The translations under genes and the position numbers were made by a program. Shown here in pieces: positions 36,431 to 47,127 of a stretch of DNA of 64,000 bases. The stretch's first letter is position 1. Each line of letters starts with the position of its first letter. Under the pieces are notes generated by a model. That model did no database searches. It was not told the DNA's origin and saw nothing but the letters and a program-made list of their open reading frames with translations. Source of the DNA: an uncultured Gemmatimonadaceae bacterium (lineage in GTDB: Bacteria > Gemmatimonadota > Gemmatimonadetes > Gemmatimonadales > Gemmatimonadaceae); assembly GCA_963761305.1 (NCBI GenBank), contig CAVXGK010000002.1, forward strand, positions 1,312,001 to 1,376,000. The letters run 5' to 3'.

Positions 36431-39097
36431 TCAGCCCTTCAGCGCAATACTCGGATCGACGCTTGCCGCGCGCCTCGCCGGCAGGTAGCCCGCGGCGACG
36501 GCTGCGACGCCGAGCGTCGCCAGCGCCACCGCGTGGCTCGCCGGATCAGCCGCGCCGACGCCGAACAGCATTCCGGCAGTGAGAGGCGCAACGAGCGCCG
36601 CAACGACGAAGCCGAGCGCCAGCCCGGCGCCCGCGAGCGTGAGCGTCCCGACCATCACCGACGCGCGCACGTTGCCGGCCGACGCGCCGAGCGCCAACCG
36701 AATGCCGATCTCCTGCGTGCGCTGCGAGACGCCGTACGCGACCAGCGCGTAGATGCCCAACGCCGCGAGGACGACGGCGAACGCCGCGAACCCGGTCAGC
36801 AGCGAAACGACGAACCGTCGCGGCGACGCGACCTTGTCGATGAACTGCTGGAGCGGGATCCACGGATTCTTTTCCACCCCGGCCGCGATCGGCGCGAGCG
36901 CGGTGCGGACGGACGCCGCGAGCGCCGCCCCATCGAGGCTCGTGTGCACCACGAGGTTCTCGGCGCGGTGATCCGAGTATTGGCGAAGCGGATAGTAGAG
37001 CTCTCCGGTGAAGTCGCGCTCCAACGACGTGTGGCGCACGTTCTCGACGACGCCGATCACGAGCATGCGCCGATCGCCGTTGCCGACGACTTGGCCCACT
37101 GCGTCGCGCCCCGGCCAGAGCGTGTGGGCGAGTGCCTCATTCACGATCACGACACGCGGAGACTCGGGCGAGTCGCCGTCGTTGAAGTCCCGCCCCGCCC
37201 GCAGCGACACGCCCAACGTTTGGAAGTAGCCGTCGCTCACGACGCGGATGAACGCTTCGGGCGCCTGACCTCGTGGATACACTTGCCCCTCTCCCGCCAC
37301 GCTCCAGCTGCGATCTCCCGTGAAGGGAAGCAGGTCTCCGAGCGCCGCGTGCGTGATTCCGGGAATGCCGCGCGCTCGGCGCAGAACCTCGTCGTAGTAC
37401 GCATTCGCGGCGGCCAGATCTGAAATGCGACGAGCTGGTTCGATGTTCAACGCCGCGGTGCGCTCGGGATGATATCCCAATTGGACGTCGAGCACCTGCA
37501 TGAAGCTTCTCAGCAACAGCGACGACACGACGAGCAGCGCGCACGCCGCCGCCACCTCGAGAACGACCAGCGTGCTGCGCACTCGGGCGTGCGCACCGCC
37601 GCGGGTCGAGCCTCGCGACGCGTCGCTGAGCGCGTCGCGAACGTCCGCCGGCGGCCGCAGCGCCGGCAGCACGCCGACGATCACGCCCGTCAGCACCGCC
37701 GCAGCGGCCGCGACGCCGATCACCTTGAAGTTGACACCGACTCGCGCCAGCAGCGGAATGTCGAACGCGCTGAGATGGGAGACGAGGCGCGTTCCAACGA
37801 CCGCGATCGCCACGCCCAGCAACGCGCCGCCGCCCGCCAGCACGAGACTCTCGGTGAGCGTTTGCCGCACGAGTCGCCCGCGCGTCGCGCCGATGGCAAG
37901 TCGCACCGCCAACTCACGCCGTCGCGCCGACGTCCTCGCGAACTGGAGGCTTGCCAGATTCGCGATCACGATCAGCATCACGCCGACGATCGCCGCCGAC
38001 AGCAGCAAGAGCGCCGGCCGCACGCGTCCGTTGACGCGCTCGTCGAGCCGAAGAATCTTTGGCCGGAGTGTATTTCTGTGGGGGAACTCGGCCGTCAGCT
38101 CCTTGCCGAGCGGAACGAGCTCCGAGCGCGCCTGGTCGACCGTTACGCCGGGACGCAGGCGACCGACGACGGCCAGCGTGTTGCCCTGTCGATTCGTCTG
38201 GTCGCTGAGCGGAAACGGCTCGAACATGTCGACCGGCGCACCGGGCGTGAACACCGACGCGAAATCGAATGACGCCGGGAGAACGCCGATGATCCTGACG
38301 GGCGCGTCGCCGATCGTCACCGTCCTCCCCGCGATCGCCGGATCCGCCGCGAACTGCCGCCGCCACGTCGCCTCGGTGAGCAATACGGTCTGCGCCGCGT
38401 GATCCAGGCATTCGTCGGCGGAGAACGTGCGGCCGACGATCGGCTTCACGCCGAGAAACGGAAGGAAGTTGCAGGTCACCGGCACGCTGGTGAGGCGCTG
38501 CGGATCGCCTCCGGTCGACAGCACGGCGTCGCCTATTCCATAGTAGGCATCGTAGCCGGCGAGGCCGTCGAGCGAGTGGCTCCGTCGCTCCACGTCGAGA
38601 AAGTGGTTGACCTGCCACCGCCATTCGGCGATGCCGTCGTCGCCGATATTGGAGATCCACACCAGACGCGCCGGATCGCGAAACGGCATCGGCCGGAGCA
38701 AGACGCCGTCGACGAGGCTGAACACAATGGCGCTCGCGCCGACGCCGAGTCCGACGATGAGCAGCGCGAACGTGGTGAAGCCCGCGTCACGGCGCAGCGT
38801 TCGGACGGCGTATCGGATGTCGTGCCATACCGTGTCGAGCCATTCGCGCACGTGCATCCGGCGGTGGCGCCGTTGGGCCGATGACTCGAACCGTTTGCGC
38901 TCCTCGTCGACCGCGCCGAACCGTCGCACGGCTTCGGCACGCGCCGCCTCGGGCGACAGGCCTTCGCGCATGATGAGTTGGTTCGTACGCAGCTGCAGGT
39001 GCAGACGGATCTCGTCGTCGGCATCGTCCAGACGGTCCCGCCCCAGTCCGAGCCGGAACAGGCGTCGGATGCCGGGTCTGATCTCTCCTCGTCGCAT
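36431..39097 (-). CDS. ADOP-family duplicated ABC permease
   Basis: N-terminal EARAEAVRRFG prefix; DIRYAVRTL, RRRELAVRLAIGA and QRTQEIGIRLALGA motifs. Confidence 0.92.
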   Translation of the reverse strand: MRRGEIRPGIRRLFRLGLGRDRLDDADDEIRLHLQLRTNQLIMREGLSPEAARAEAVRRFGAVDEERKRFESSAQRRHRRMHVREWLDTVWHDIRYAVRTLRRDAGFTTFALLIVGLGVGASAIVFSLVDGVLLRPMPFRDPARLVWISNIGDDGIAEWRWQVNHFLDVERRSHSLDGLAGYDAYYGIGDAVLSTGGDPQRLTSVPVTCNFLPFLGVKPIVGRTFSADECLDHAAQTVLLTEATWRRQFAADPAIAGRTVTIGDAPVRIIGVLPASFDFASVFTPGAPVDMFEPFPLSDQTNRQGNTLAVVGRLRPGVTVDQARSELVPLGKELTAEFPHRNTLRPKILRLDERVNGRVRPALLLLSAAIVGVMLIVIANLASLQFARTSARRRELAVRLAIGATRGRLVRQTLTESLVLAGGGALLGVAIAVVGTRLVSHLSAFDIPLLARVGVNFKVIGVAAAAAVLTGVIVGVLPALRPPADVRDALSDASRGSTRGGAHARVRSTLVVLEVAAACALLVVSSLLLRSFMQVLDVQLGYHPERTAALNIEPARRISDLAAANAYYDEVLRRARGIPGITHAALGDLLPFTGDRSWSVAGEGQVYPRGQAPEAFIRVVSDGYFQTLGVSLRAGRDFNDGDSPESPRVVIVNEALAHTLWPGRDAVGQVVGNGDRRMLVIGVVENVRHTSLERDFTGELYYPLRQYSDHRAENLVVHTSLDGAALAASVRTALAPIAAGVEKNPWIPLQQFIDKVASPRRFVVSLLTGFAAFAVVLAALGIYALVAYGVSQRTQEIGIRLALGASAGNVRASVMVGTLTLAGAGLALGFVVAALVAPLTAGMLFGVGAADPASHAVALATLGVAAVAAGYLPARRAASVDPSIALKG

Positions 39098-39115
39098 CGC
39101 GGGTCTCGGTCGGCG

Positions 39116-39457
39116 TCAGCGCCGGCTGGCGGGTGAGGTGAGGATGTCGGTCAGCGTGCTCGCGTAGCGAACCCACTGCGCCGTTTCGCTGTTGAGAAAC
39201 GCGCGCCCCGCCTTCGTCAACTTGTAGTAGCGCGCGCGTTGATTGTTCTCCGTGACGCCCCACTCGGCGGCGACGAAGCCCCGCTCCTCGAGGCGGTGGA
39301 CCGCCTGATAGAGCGCGCTGTCGCGAACGTCGAGCGCGCCGCGCGACCGCTCTTCGACCCATTGAGTGATCTCGAATCCGTGCATCGGCGTCCACGAGAG
39401 CGCCTTGAGCACGAGGATGTCGAGGGTGCCTTTGACCAGCGGGAGCGAGTCGGCCAC
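39116..39457 (-). CDS. PadR-family transcriptional regulator
   Basis: GTLDILVLKAL..PMHGFEI and EWGVTENNQRARYYKLT; GGAG RBS before GTG 39457. Confidence 0.92.
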   Translation of the reverse strand: MADSLPLVKGTLDILVLKALSWTPMHGFEITQWVEERSRGALDVRDSALYQAVHRLEERGFVAAEWGVTENNQRARYYKLTKAGRAFLNSETAQWVRYASTLTDILTSPASRR

Positions 39458-39497
39458 GGCGATGGACTCCAGAATAAGATTACAGACTCTGACCCCT

Positions 39498-39526
39498 ACA
39501 GTGCCGCATGGCCCCGACCGTGTCAA
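39498..39526 (-). promoter_or_regulatory. Sigma70-like promoter for padR-ADOP
   Basis: TTGACA-17 bp-CACTGT on the minus strand. Confidence 0.5.
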
Positions 39527-39643
39527 GTCGTGCGACGCACGAATCCGGCGCGGACTTCGCATTAGTGCCTCCGCACGACGATCGCGGCGGCTGCCACACG
39601 GCACAAAAGTCCAATCGCCATCGTGGGCTGACGGCGCCAAACT

Positions 39644-41095
39644 GTGACTAGGAGGCAGGCTGGCGTGGCGAATTGGGGGCGTGACGCCGAAACGGGACGT
39701 GTAGAAAGCCTGGTCGGGCGGGCGCTCTGCGCCGTGCTCCCCCCGCTGGCAGCGCTCGCCATCGAAGCGCTGCTGCTGTCGACGGTGAGCCGCTGGCTGC
39801 TGTTCAACGCGGCCGTGATCGTCAGCTCATGGCTCGGCGGACTCGCGGCCGGCCTCGTCTCGACCGTCCTCTCGGCCGGGCTCGTTTGGTGGTTTCTCAT
39901 CCCGCCGGAGCGAAGCGTCCAGACGGCGGACCCCGGATACTACGCGACCGTCGCCATCTTTCTCACGGTGGGAACGGCGGTCAGCTTCCTCCACGACAGC
40001 CTGCGACGAGCTCGTCGCGCGCTGGCCGGCGCCGCGACGGAGTTGGCGGAAGCGCAGCGTCTCGCGCACATCGGCAGTTGGACCTGGGACTTTCGAACCA
40101 ACACCGGCTGGTGGTCACCCGAGCTGTACCGCATCCATCGGCGTGATCCGGCGCTCCCGCTGCCGGGGCCGGCCGACCTCTCGAAGTTCTTCACCCCCGA
40201 GAGCGGCGCGGCGCTCCATGAGGCCGCCGACCGACTCAGGCGCGACGGGGCCCCGTTCGAGCTCGAACTGGAGTCGATCTCGCCGGACGGCGTACACACG
40301 TGGGTGTCGACGCACGGCGAGGGCGTCCGAGACAACGCCGGCAGGCTCGTGGGTTTGCGGGGGACGTCGCAGGACATTACCCGGGTCAAGGAGCTCGAGC
40401 GCATGAAGGAGGAGTGGACGTCGGTGATCGCCCACGACCTGCGCCAGCCGATCGGCGTCATCACGATGTCCGTCGAGATGCTTCCCGAACAGCACGTCGG
40501 CGAAATCAGCAAACCAGAATCAGCGATTGTTCATCACATCCGCTCGGCGGCGCGCTCGTTGAACCGCATGGTCAACGATCTGCTCGACGTGTCGCGGATC
40601 GAGGCGCACCGGCTGTCGCTGGAACGAGCCTGGCTGGATCCCCGGCGCCTCGTGCACGAGACGCTGGAGCATCTGAGACACCTCACCGAGCACTGCCGCG
40701 TCGACATCTCGACCGAAGGCGCGCTCTCACCGGTCTACGCCGACCCGGGCCGTTTCGAGCAGATCCTTGGCAACCTGGTGAGCAATGCCGTCAAGTACGG
40801 AGACCGAAGCAGCGGCGTTCAGGTGCGGCTGACGCAGCGAGGCGACGAGGTGCTGTTCTCCGTCGTAAACCGCGGACAAGGGATATCGAGCGAGGAGCTT
40901 TCCCGGCTGTTCACGCGGTTCGGGCGATCGACGACCACGCACGCCGCTGCCTCGGGAATTGGTCTCGGACTCTACATCGCCCGGGGGTTGGTCGAAGCGC
41001 ACGGCGGTCGCATTTGGGCCGAGAGCAGGCCGGGCGAGACGACGACGTTCAACTTCTCGCTGCCCTGTCGCGACGCCGCCGCCGCCGCGGCGTGA
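39644..41095 (+). CDS. Sensor histidine kinase (DUF4118-like TM region, PAS, HisKA)
   Basis: AQRLAHIGSWTWD PAS; AHDLRQP, NAVKY and GIGLGL boxes. Confidence 0.9.
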   Translation: MTRRQAGVANWGRDAETGRVESLVGRALCAVLPPLAALAIEALLLSTVSRWLLFNAAVIVSSWLGGLAAGLVSTVLSAGLVWWFLIPPERSVQTADPGYYATVAIFLTVGTAVSFLHDSLRRARRALAGAATELAEAQRLAHIGSWTWDFRTNTGWWSPELYRIHRRDPALPLPGPADLSKFFTPESGAALHEAADRLRRDGAPFELELESISPDGVHTWVSTHGEGVRDNAGRLVGLRGTSQDITRVKELERMKEEWTSVIAHDLRQPIGVITMSVEMLPEQHVGEISKPESAIVHHIRSAARSLNRMVNDLLDVSRIEAHRLSLERAWLDPRRLVHETLEHLRHLTEHCRVDISTEGALSPVYADPGRFEQILGNLVSNAVKYGDRSSGVQVRLTQRGDEVLFSVVNRGQGISSEELSRLFTRFGRSTTTHAAASGIGLGLYIARGLVEAHGGRIWAESRPGETTTFNFSLPCRDAAAAAA

Positions 41096-41180
41096 ACGAC
41101 GTCCTCAAAACGAGTCGAGCCAACCACCGTGAGGTGATTGGCTCGAGATCGTTGTGAAACTCGGCGTCGGTACGGTCTGA

Positions 41181-41972
41181 CTAGTTGCCGCCCGCGCCGA
41201 CCCACGGGTCCGTCGACAACCAGTTCGAGTTGGGCGCGAACAGGAACACCATTCCACCGTCCGCCAGCTGCGGCAGCAGTCGCTGCGCGCGCGCCGTTTC
41301 CATTGCCGGACAGCCCTTGCTGGTCCCCGCCCTGGTCGGCGTCACGTAGGGCGCGCCGTGGGCCACCACTCCGCGAGCGAGGGCTTTGTCGTTGAACCCC
41401 TCGGACACGCCGTTCAAACGCAGGCCGATCGAGTGATACGCGCGGCCGCCTGAGTGGCCGGTAAACGCGTACGTCGCCTTGGCGAGATAGAGACCCAACG
41501 AGGTGGCCGCGCTCCCGAACGCATTGGAGAATCGCGTGGGAATCGAGGCACCCGCCGGCGCTGAACCACGACCGTGCGCCACGGTGAACGGACCGTCGAC
41601 GATTCGCAGCGACGACATGTTGAACACGTAGCCGCGCGGCTCGGTATTCGGCAGACCGTAATCCACGAAGTAGAGGAGCGGCTTCTTCACCTCATCGGGA
41701 TGCGCCGCCTTGAACGCGAAGTAGCTATGGAACGCGGCGTCGAGCGCGTGCGGATCGCTCAACCGGCGAACGGTCGACGAAAAAGCCGCGACCGCTGCCT
41801 TGGCTTTCGTCGCCAACAGGTCCGTGGCGGCGGCAACCGATTTCTGCGCAGTCAAACCCTGTGCCGGAGCGGCCCCTGCGGTAGCGCTGTCGGCCACAGC
41901 AACGCGCGCAGAACCGAACGCAAGCGTTGTCGAACCAATCAAGACTTTCGAGATGACGTGGTTGAGCTTCAT
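41181..41972 (-). CDS. Murein L,D-transpeptidase catalytic-domain (YkuD_2-like) protein
   Basis: VAHGRGS, SLGLY and HGAPY...GTSKGCPA motifs. Confidence 0.85.
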   Translation of the reverse strand: MKLNHVISKVLIGSTTLAFGSARVAVADSATAGAAPAQGLTAQKSVAAATDLLATKAKAAVAAFSSTVRRLSDPHALDAAFHSYFAFKAAHPDEVKKPLLYFVDYGLPNTEPRGYVFNMSSLRIVDGPFTVAHGRGSAPAGASIPTRFSNAFGSAATSLGLYLAKATYAFTGHSGGRAYHSIGLRLNGVSEGFNDKALARGVVAHGAPYVTPTRAGTSKGCPAMETARAQRLLPQLADGGMVFLFAPNSNWLSTDPWVGAGGN

Positions 41973-42127
41973 CGCTCGTACCTCCTCGGCAAAACGAAGC
42001 GCCCGACGCGAGCGGAAGTCGCTGGGGGCGCTGACAGGTAGATAGTACCCCTCGGGATGTGATGTGGGTCCACAATTCCTCTGCGGCTCAGCGCGCTTAT
42101 CACCGCTGCCGAGCCCGCTCCCGCGAA

Positions 42128-42313
42128 TTACTTCTGAAATCCGGTCGAGACGATGAGTCTCTTCGAGACGAGCTCGCCGCAGAGATACCCGACCACATAA
42201 TCCGGCGCGGTGTTGACCGAGAGCTCGTTCGTGGCGGCTAGCTCAGCGAGGGTCGCTTCGACGGCCCACCAGAGCGGCGTGTCGCGGTACTCGGCGAACG
42301 GGCGTGACGACAT
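42128..42313 (-). CDS. Small hypothetical protein
   Basis: GGAG RBS; plausible composition. Confidence 0.6.
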   Translation of the reverse strand: MSSRPFAEYRDTPLWWAVEATLAELAATNELSVNTAPDYVVGYLCGELVSKRLIVSTGFQK

Positions 42314-42322
42314 GGGCTGCTC

Positions 42323-42562
42323 CTAGTCCGTGCGGTGATCCTGGGCCGCGTGCACGCGCGTGAGTGGCTCCCAGCGGCTGTCGCTCCGGCGCGAGAGATT
42401 GCGGTTCAGCCGCTGACGCCAATCCAGGAAGAACGTCTCAGTGGGCGCGGCAACCGTCTTCGACGGAAAGGGCGCCGGCTCGGTGGCGACTTCTTCAGGC
42501 GTTGCGGTCGGTGATCGCAGGGATGACCACCGTTCCGGACCTCGTTCGCCTCTCATGGGCAC
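42323..42562 (-). CDS. Small hypothetical protein
   Basis: Fills the gap between two co-oriented genes; no recognisable motif. Confidence 0.4.
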   Translation of the reverse strand: MPMRGERGPERWSSLRSPTATPEEVATEPAPFPSKTVAAPTETFFLDWRQRLNRNLSRRSDSRWEPLTRVHAAQDHRTD

Positions 42563-42912
42563 GGCGGCGAATCCAGCGCGCCGCTCGAGGAGTCGATCGT
42601 GAGGATGTCACCGCCGAGATGACCGAAGTACTCCTCGACGCACCAGAGAATCATCTTCCGGGTCAGTGCCAGTCGGGCCGATGACGGGCCGACGCTCGAA
42701 CTGTCGACCAGGCCGGATAGTCGCACGATGACCAGCGCCGGGGGAACTCCGGCGCGTCGCTCCGTTCCGACGAAGCTCCAGACGGCACATCGCAGCGTGT
42801 GCTCGTTGATCGGCGCGTCCGCAAGCGCGGTCGAGATCTTGGCGCGCAGATCCTTGGCGTCGGCGAGATCGTCGACCGTGCGCATTCGGACGGTGCCTTG
42901 CCCTATGTCCAT
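42553..42912 (-). CDS. Small helical hypothetical protein
   Basis: AGGAGG RBS before ATG 42912; ends in MILWCVEEYF. Confidence 0.7.
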   Translation of the reverse strand: MDIGQGTVRMRTVDDLADAKDLRAKISTALADAPINEHTLRCAVWSFVGTERRAGVPPALVIVRLSGLVDSSSVGPSSARLALTRKMILWCVEEYFGHLGGDILTIDSSSGALDSPPCP

Positions 42913-43194
42913 GGAGCCTCCTGCGATGCCGCGAGCAAGCTGACCAGAAGGCTCGGGGATCCGGCGCATTCACCTGCGCAACGCGGAGGCCAAAGGGAGC
43001 GGGACAGGCCGCTCACCAGCTGTGTGAAATATAGTCGATGCCGCTCGCGACGCGCGGCGCACCGCCGGTGGGTCCAAGGTCCACTGCGACCCGGCGTGTG
43101 TTGGACTTTATGATCACGCGATCGCCGCGTGCCCCCCACCGCTGTCGCGATCCGTCGAGCCCGACGAACCCCACAATTCGAACGAGAGAGCGAT

Positions 43195-44598
43195 ATGACC
43201 CCAGCGAACACACGGATCGAGCACGACCTGTTGGGCGACTTGCCCGTTCCCGCCGACGCCTATTACGGCATTCAGACGGCCCGCGCACTCGACAATTTCA
43301 AGATCACGGGCCAACCGCTGAGCGTGTTTCCGAATTTCATCAAGGCGCTGGCGATGGTAAAGCTCGCCGCGGCGCGCGCCAACTTCGAGACCGGCGGGTT
43401 CTCAAGAGAGGTTCTCACCGCGATCGAGAAGGCCTGCCAGGAAATCATCGATGGCAAGCTCCACGACCAGTTCCAGCTCGACATCCTGCAGGGCGGCGCC
43501 GGCACGTCGACGAACATGAACGCCAACGAGGTGATCGCGAACCGCGGCCTCGAGCTCATGGGCAAGAAGAAGGGGGAATACAAATTCCTAGACCCGCACG
43601 ACCACGTCAACCGATCCCAGTCGACGAACGATTCGTATCCGACGTCGATGCACGTCGGCATGGCGCTTGGCAACGCGGAAGTCGTCGCGGCCTTCGAGAA
43701 GCTCATCGCCGCGTTCAAGGCGAAGGGGACCGAGTTCAAGGACATGCTCAAGATGGGACGGACACAGTTGCAAGACGCCGTCCCGATGACGCTCGGCCAG
43801 GAATTCAACGCGTTCGCGCGGACCCTGGCGGACGAAGTGCGCGCGCTCGACACCATCAAGGGCGTCTTGTGCGAAGTGAGCATGGGCGGGACGGCGATCG
43901 GCACCGGGCTCAACGCGCCGGAGGGCTACGCACAGAAGTGCGCCGACCACCTCGCGAAGGTCACGCGTCTCCCGATTCACCTCGCAACGGATCTCATCGA
44001 AGCCACGCAGGATACGCAGGCGTTCGTCCTGTACGGGTCGGCGCTCAAGAGTCTCGCCATCAAGCTCGCCAAGGTGGGCAACGATCTTCGACTGCTGTCC
44101 TCGGGACCGCGCTGCGGCCTGCACGAAATCAACCTGCCGGCAACGCAGCCGGGCTCGTCGATCATGCCCGGGAAAGTGAACCCTGTCATCCCCGAGGTCA
44201 CCAACATGGTGGCGTACCGGGTCATCGGAAACGATCTCGTCATCACGCTCTCGGCCGAGAACGGGCAGCTCCAGCTGAACGCATTCGAGCCGGTGATGGC
44301 CGCGTGCATCTTCGAGTCACAGAAGCTGCTCGTCAACGCCGCCGACACGCTTCGCAAGTTCTGCGTGGAAGGCATCACGGCCAATGAGGATGTGCTCAAG
44401 CACTACATGGAGTCGAGCATCGGAACGGTCACAGCGCTCAACCCGGTCATCGGCTACGACAAGGCGACGGAGCTCGCCGCCGAAGCGCTGAAATCGGGCG
44501 ACGGGATTCTCGAGATCGTTCGCGAAAAGCACATCCTGACCGACGAGCAGATCGACGAGATCCTGAGTCCCGCCGCTCTGACCGGCTCGGGACGTTAG
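43195..44598 (+). CDS. aspA: Aspartate ammonia-lyase
   Basis: QGGAGTSTNMN, QSTND, KMGRTQLQDA and GSSIMPGKVNP motifs. Confidence 0.96.
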   Translation: MTPANTRIEHDLLGDLPVPADAYYGIQTARALDNFKITGQPLSVFPNFIKALAMVKLAAARANFETGGFSREVLTAIEKACQEIIDGKLHDQFQLDILQGGAGTSTNMNANEVIANRGLELMGKKKGEYKFLDPHDHVNRSQSTNDSYPTSMHVGMALGNAEVVAAFEKLIAAFKAKGTEFKDMLKMGRTQLQDAVPMTLGQEFNAFARTLADEVRALDTIKGVLCEVSMGGTAIGTGLNAPEGYAQKCADHLAKVTRLPIHLATDLIEATQDTQAFVLYGSALKSLAIKLAKVGNDLRLLSSGPRCGLHEINLPATQPGSSIMPGKVNPVIPEVTNMVAYRVIGNDLVITLSAENGQLQLNAFEPVMAACIFESQKLLVNAADTLRKFCVEGITANEDVLKHYMESSIGTVTALNPVIGYDKATELAAEALKSGDGILEIVREKHILTDEQIDEILSPAALTGSGR

Positions 44599-44621
44599 CC
44601 CGAGCCACGAGGAATTACTTC

Positions 44622-45728
44622 ATGTCGAGGCTTCATATGACAAAGCGCAACGTGATGGTCGCGTTCCTGGTGGTCGTCGGAGCGGTGAGCGCGGGGGCGC
44701 AGGGCGGAACGGCGAGCGGCACCGTGGTGGACACCATGTCGCTGCCGAAAGTCGTCGTGCTCGCGACGGGCGGCACGATCGCCGGAGCGGCCAAGAGCAA
44801 CGTGACCGCCGGCTACTCGAGCGGCCAAGTCGGTGTCGACGAGCTGCTCAACGCCGTGCCGGAGGCGAAAAAGCTGGCCAGGCTGAGCGGCGAGCAGGTC
44901 TCGAACATCGGCTCGCAGGACATGAACGATCAGGTGTGGATCAAGCTCGCCGACCGGGTGAACGCGATCCTGGCGATGCCGGACGTGACGGGTGTCGTGA
45001 TCACGCACGGAACGGACACGATCGAAGAGACGGCGTATTTCCTGAATCTCGTGGTGCATTCACGAAAGCCAGTCGTCCTGACCGCATCGATGCGTCCCTC
45101 CACGGCGCTCTCGGCCGACGGTCCCCTCAACTTCTTCAACGCCGTCGCGGTGGCCGCGGACAAGGAATCGGCCGGGCGCGGGGTACTCGTCGTCGTCAAC
45201 GATTGGATTCACGGCGCGCAATCGCTCACCAAGACCAGCACCACCGCCGTCCAGACCTTCTTGTCGCCGCTCTCGGGTCTCATCGGCACGGTCAACTACG
45301 GCGTGATGGAGTGGTATCGCGGGCCCATCGGCAAGAACACCCTGAACTCCGAGTTCTCGGTCGATCAGAACACGGTCCTGCCGCGCGTCGACATCATCAT
45401 GGCCACCGAGAACATGGACGGCGCGTTGATCAACGCCGCCGCCGCGAACGGTGCGAAAGGGATCGTGATCGCCGGGGTCGGCAACGGAAACATGACGAAG
45501 CCCGCGCTTGAGGCGCTCGCCGCGCAAGCGAAGAAGGGGATCGTGTGCGTCCGTTCGACCCGCGTGACCACCGGCGAAGTCGGGCGCAACGTCGAAGTGA
45601 AGGACGACAGCCTCAACTTCGTCGCGTCGCTCGGGCTCAATCCTCAGAAGTCGCGGGTTCTCCTGCGCCTGGCGCTGCTCAAGACGAGCGACCCGAGAAC
45701 CATCCAGCGCTACTTCGACGAATACTGA
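44622..45728 (+). CDS. ansB: Type II (periplasmic) L-asparaginase/glutaminase-asparaginase
   Basis: Signal peptide; ATGGTIAG, THGTDT and LNPQKSR motifs. Confidence 0.93.
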   Translation: MSRLHMTKRNVMVAFLVVVGAVSAGAQGGTASGTVVDTMSLPKVVVLATGGTIAGAAKSNVTAGYSSGQVGVDELLNAVPEAKKLARLSGEQVSNIGSQDMNDQVWIKLADRVNAILAMPDVTGVVITHGTDTIEETAYFLNLVVHSRKPVVLTASMRPSTALSADGPLNFFNAVAVAADKESAGRGVLVVVNDWIHGAQSLTKTSTTAVQTFLSPLSGLIGTVNYGVMEWYRGPIGKNTLNSEFSVDQNTVLPRVDIIMATENMDGALINAAAANGAKGIVIAGVGNGNMTKPALEALAAQAKKGIVCVRSTRVTTGEVGRNVEVKDDSLNFVASLGLNPQKSRVLLRLALLKTSDPRTIQRYFDEY

Positions 45729-45803
45729 TTCTCGTCTGATGCTCGGAGGCCGCGTCGCGTGGTGGGCGCGGCCTCTACGTCTTCACCCTGGGCACGGCGA
45801 CCG

Positions 45804-47099
45804 ATGATCGCTCCGCATTCGCGATGGCTCGTGGGACTCGCGCTGTGCCTGGCCGCGGGAAGCGCCGCGCTCGCCCAGAAGCCGGGCAAGACGCGGGCGG
45901 ATTCGGTCCGCGATTCCACGTTGTCCGCCGAGCTGACCGCCGCCGAAGCCGACGCCGAGCCGATGCGTCGCAACCTGCTCCGCCGCCTGGAGTGGAACCT
46001 GGGGTTCACCACGTTCCAGGTGGGCGGCGGCCTCTTGTTCGAATGGATCGCCTACTGGCAAGACTCGGCGAGCATCAAGCAGTTCCCCAATCTGAATCCT
46101 CAATACAAGTTCCGTGATGGGCGCTTTCTGTTGGGTGGCCGTTTCAACACGAAACGGCCCTTCACGTGGCAAGCGGGCATCATGTGGGATCAGTTGACCA
46201 ACAAGTTTCTCGTCCGGCAGACCGGACTCATGGTCTCTGTCCCCGAGATCTACAGCCACTTCTTCATCGGGCGGGCGAAGGAGGGGTTCAGTCTCAACAA
46301 GGTGATGGGCGGTTACGACGGGTGGTCGATGGAGCGCCTTCCCTTCACCGACGCCACCGTCCCGCTGCTGGCGGACGGCATCAAGTGGCTCGGCTACGTG
46401 CCGACGAACCATTTGTTCTGGAACCTCGGCGCGTTCATGGATGGGTTTTCGCAAGGGCAGACGTTCTCGACCTACAACTACCAGTTCGTCGCGCGCGCGG
46501 GATGGGACCCGTTTCCCGGGGATTCATCCGGAAAGCTCCTGCACATGGCGATGAATTTCCGCATCGGCCACCCCGACAAGGATTCGCTGCAGCTCCGCTC
46601 GAAGCCGGAGGCATTCCCCGCCCCGTACTTCATCGATACGGGCGATTTCCCGGCGACCTCGGCGCTCGCGTTCGGCCCGGAGTTGTACTACCGGCTCGGC
46701 CGCGTCCTCATGGGAAGCGAGTACTACTGGCAACACGTCACCTCACCGCAGACGGGCAACCCCTGGTTCCACGGCGGCGAGGCCGTCGTCTCCTGGGTGA
46801 CCACGGGCGAAGTGCGACCGTTCAACCTCGCTGGCAATTACTTCACAGAAGTCGAATCCGACAGCACGGTGATCCAAGGCGGACCCGGAGGGTGGGCGCC
46901 GCTGGTGAAGGTCTCGTACAGCAACCTCACCAACGGTCCGATTCAGGGAGGGATCCTCTGGCGAGTCACGCCGATGATCAACTGGTACCTCACCGACAAC
47001 GTCCGCCTCGAATTCGCCTACGGGTACGCTTGGCTGAACCGATTCGAGCTGCGAGGCGCGACGATGTTTTTTCAGTCCCGCCTTCAATTGCGGCTGTGA
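45804..47099 (+). CDS. OprO/OprP-like porin
   Basis: Signal peptide; GRAKEGFSL, TGEVRPF and INWYL motifs; C-terminal RLQLRL. Confidence 0.78.
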   Translation: MIAPHSRWLVGLALCLAAGSAALAQKPGKTRADSVRDSTLSAELTAAEADAEPMRRNLLRRLEWNLGFTTFQVGGGLLFEWIAYWQDSASIKQFPNLNPQYKFRDGRFLLGGRFNTKRPFTWQAGIMWDQLTNKFLVRQTGLMVSVPEIYSHFFIGRAKEGFSLNKVMGGYDGWSMERLPFTDATVPLLADGIKWLGYVPTNHLFWNLGAFMDGFSQGQTFSTYNYQFVARAGWDPFPGDSSGKLLHMAMNFRIGHPDKDSLQLRSKPEAFPAPYFIDTGDFPATSALAFGPELYYRLGRVLMGSEYYWQHVTSPQTGNPWFHGGEAVVSWVTTGEVRPFNLAGNYFTEVESDSTVIQGGPGGWAPLVKVSYSNLTNGPIQGGILWRVTPMINWYLTDNVRLEFAYGYAWLNRFELRGATMFFQSRLQLRL

Positions 47100-47127
47100 C
47101 GGCCGCCTGACGCCGCTCGGAGGGATC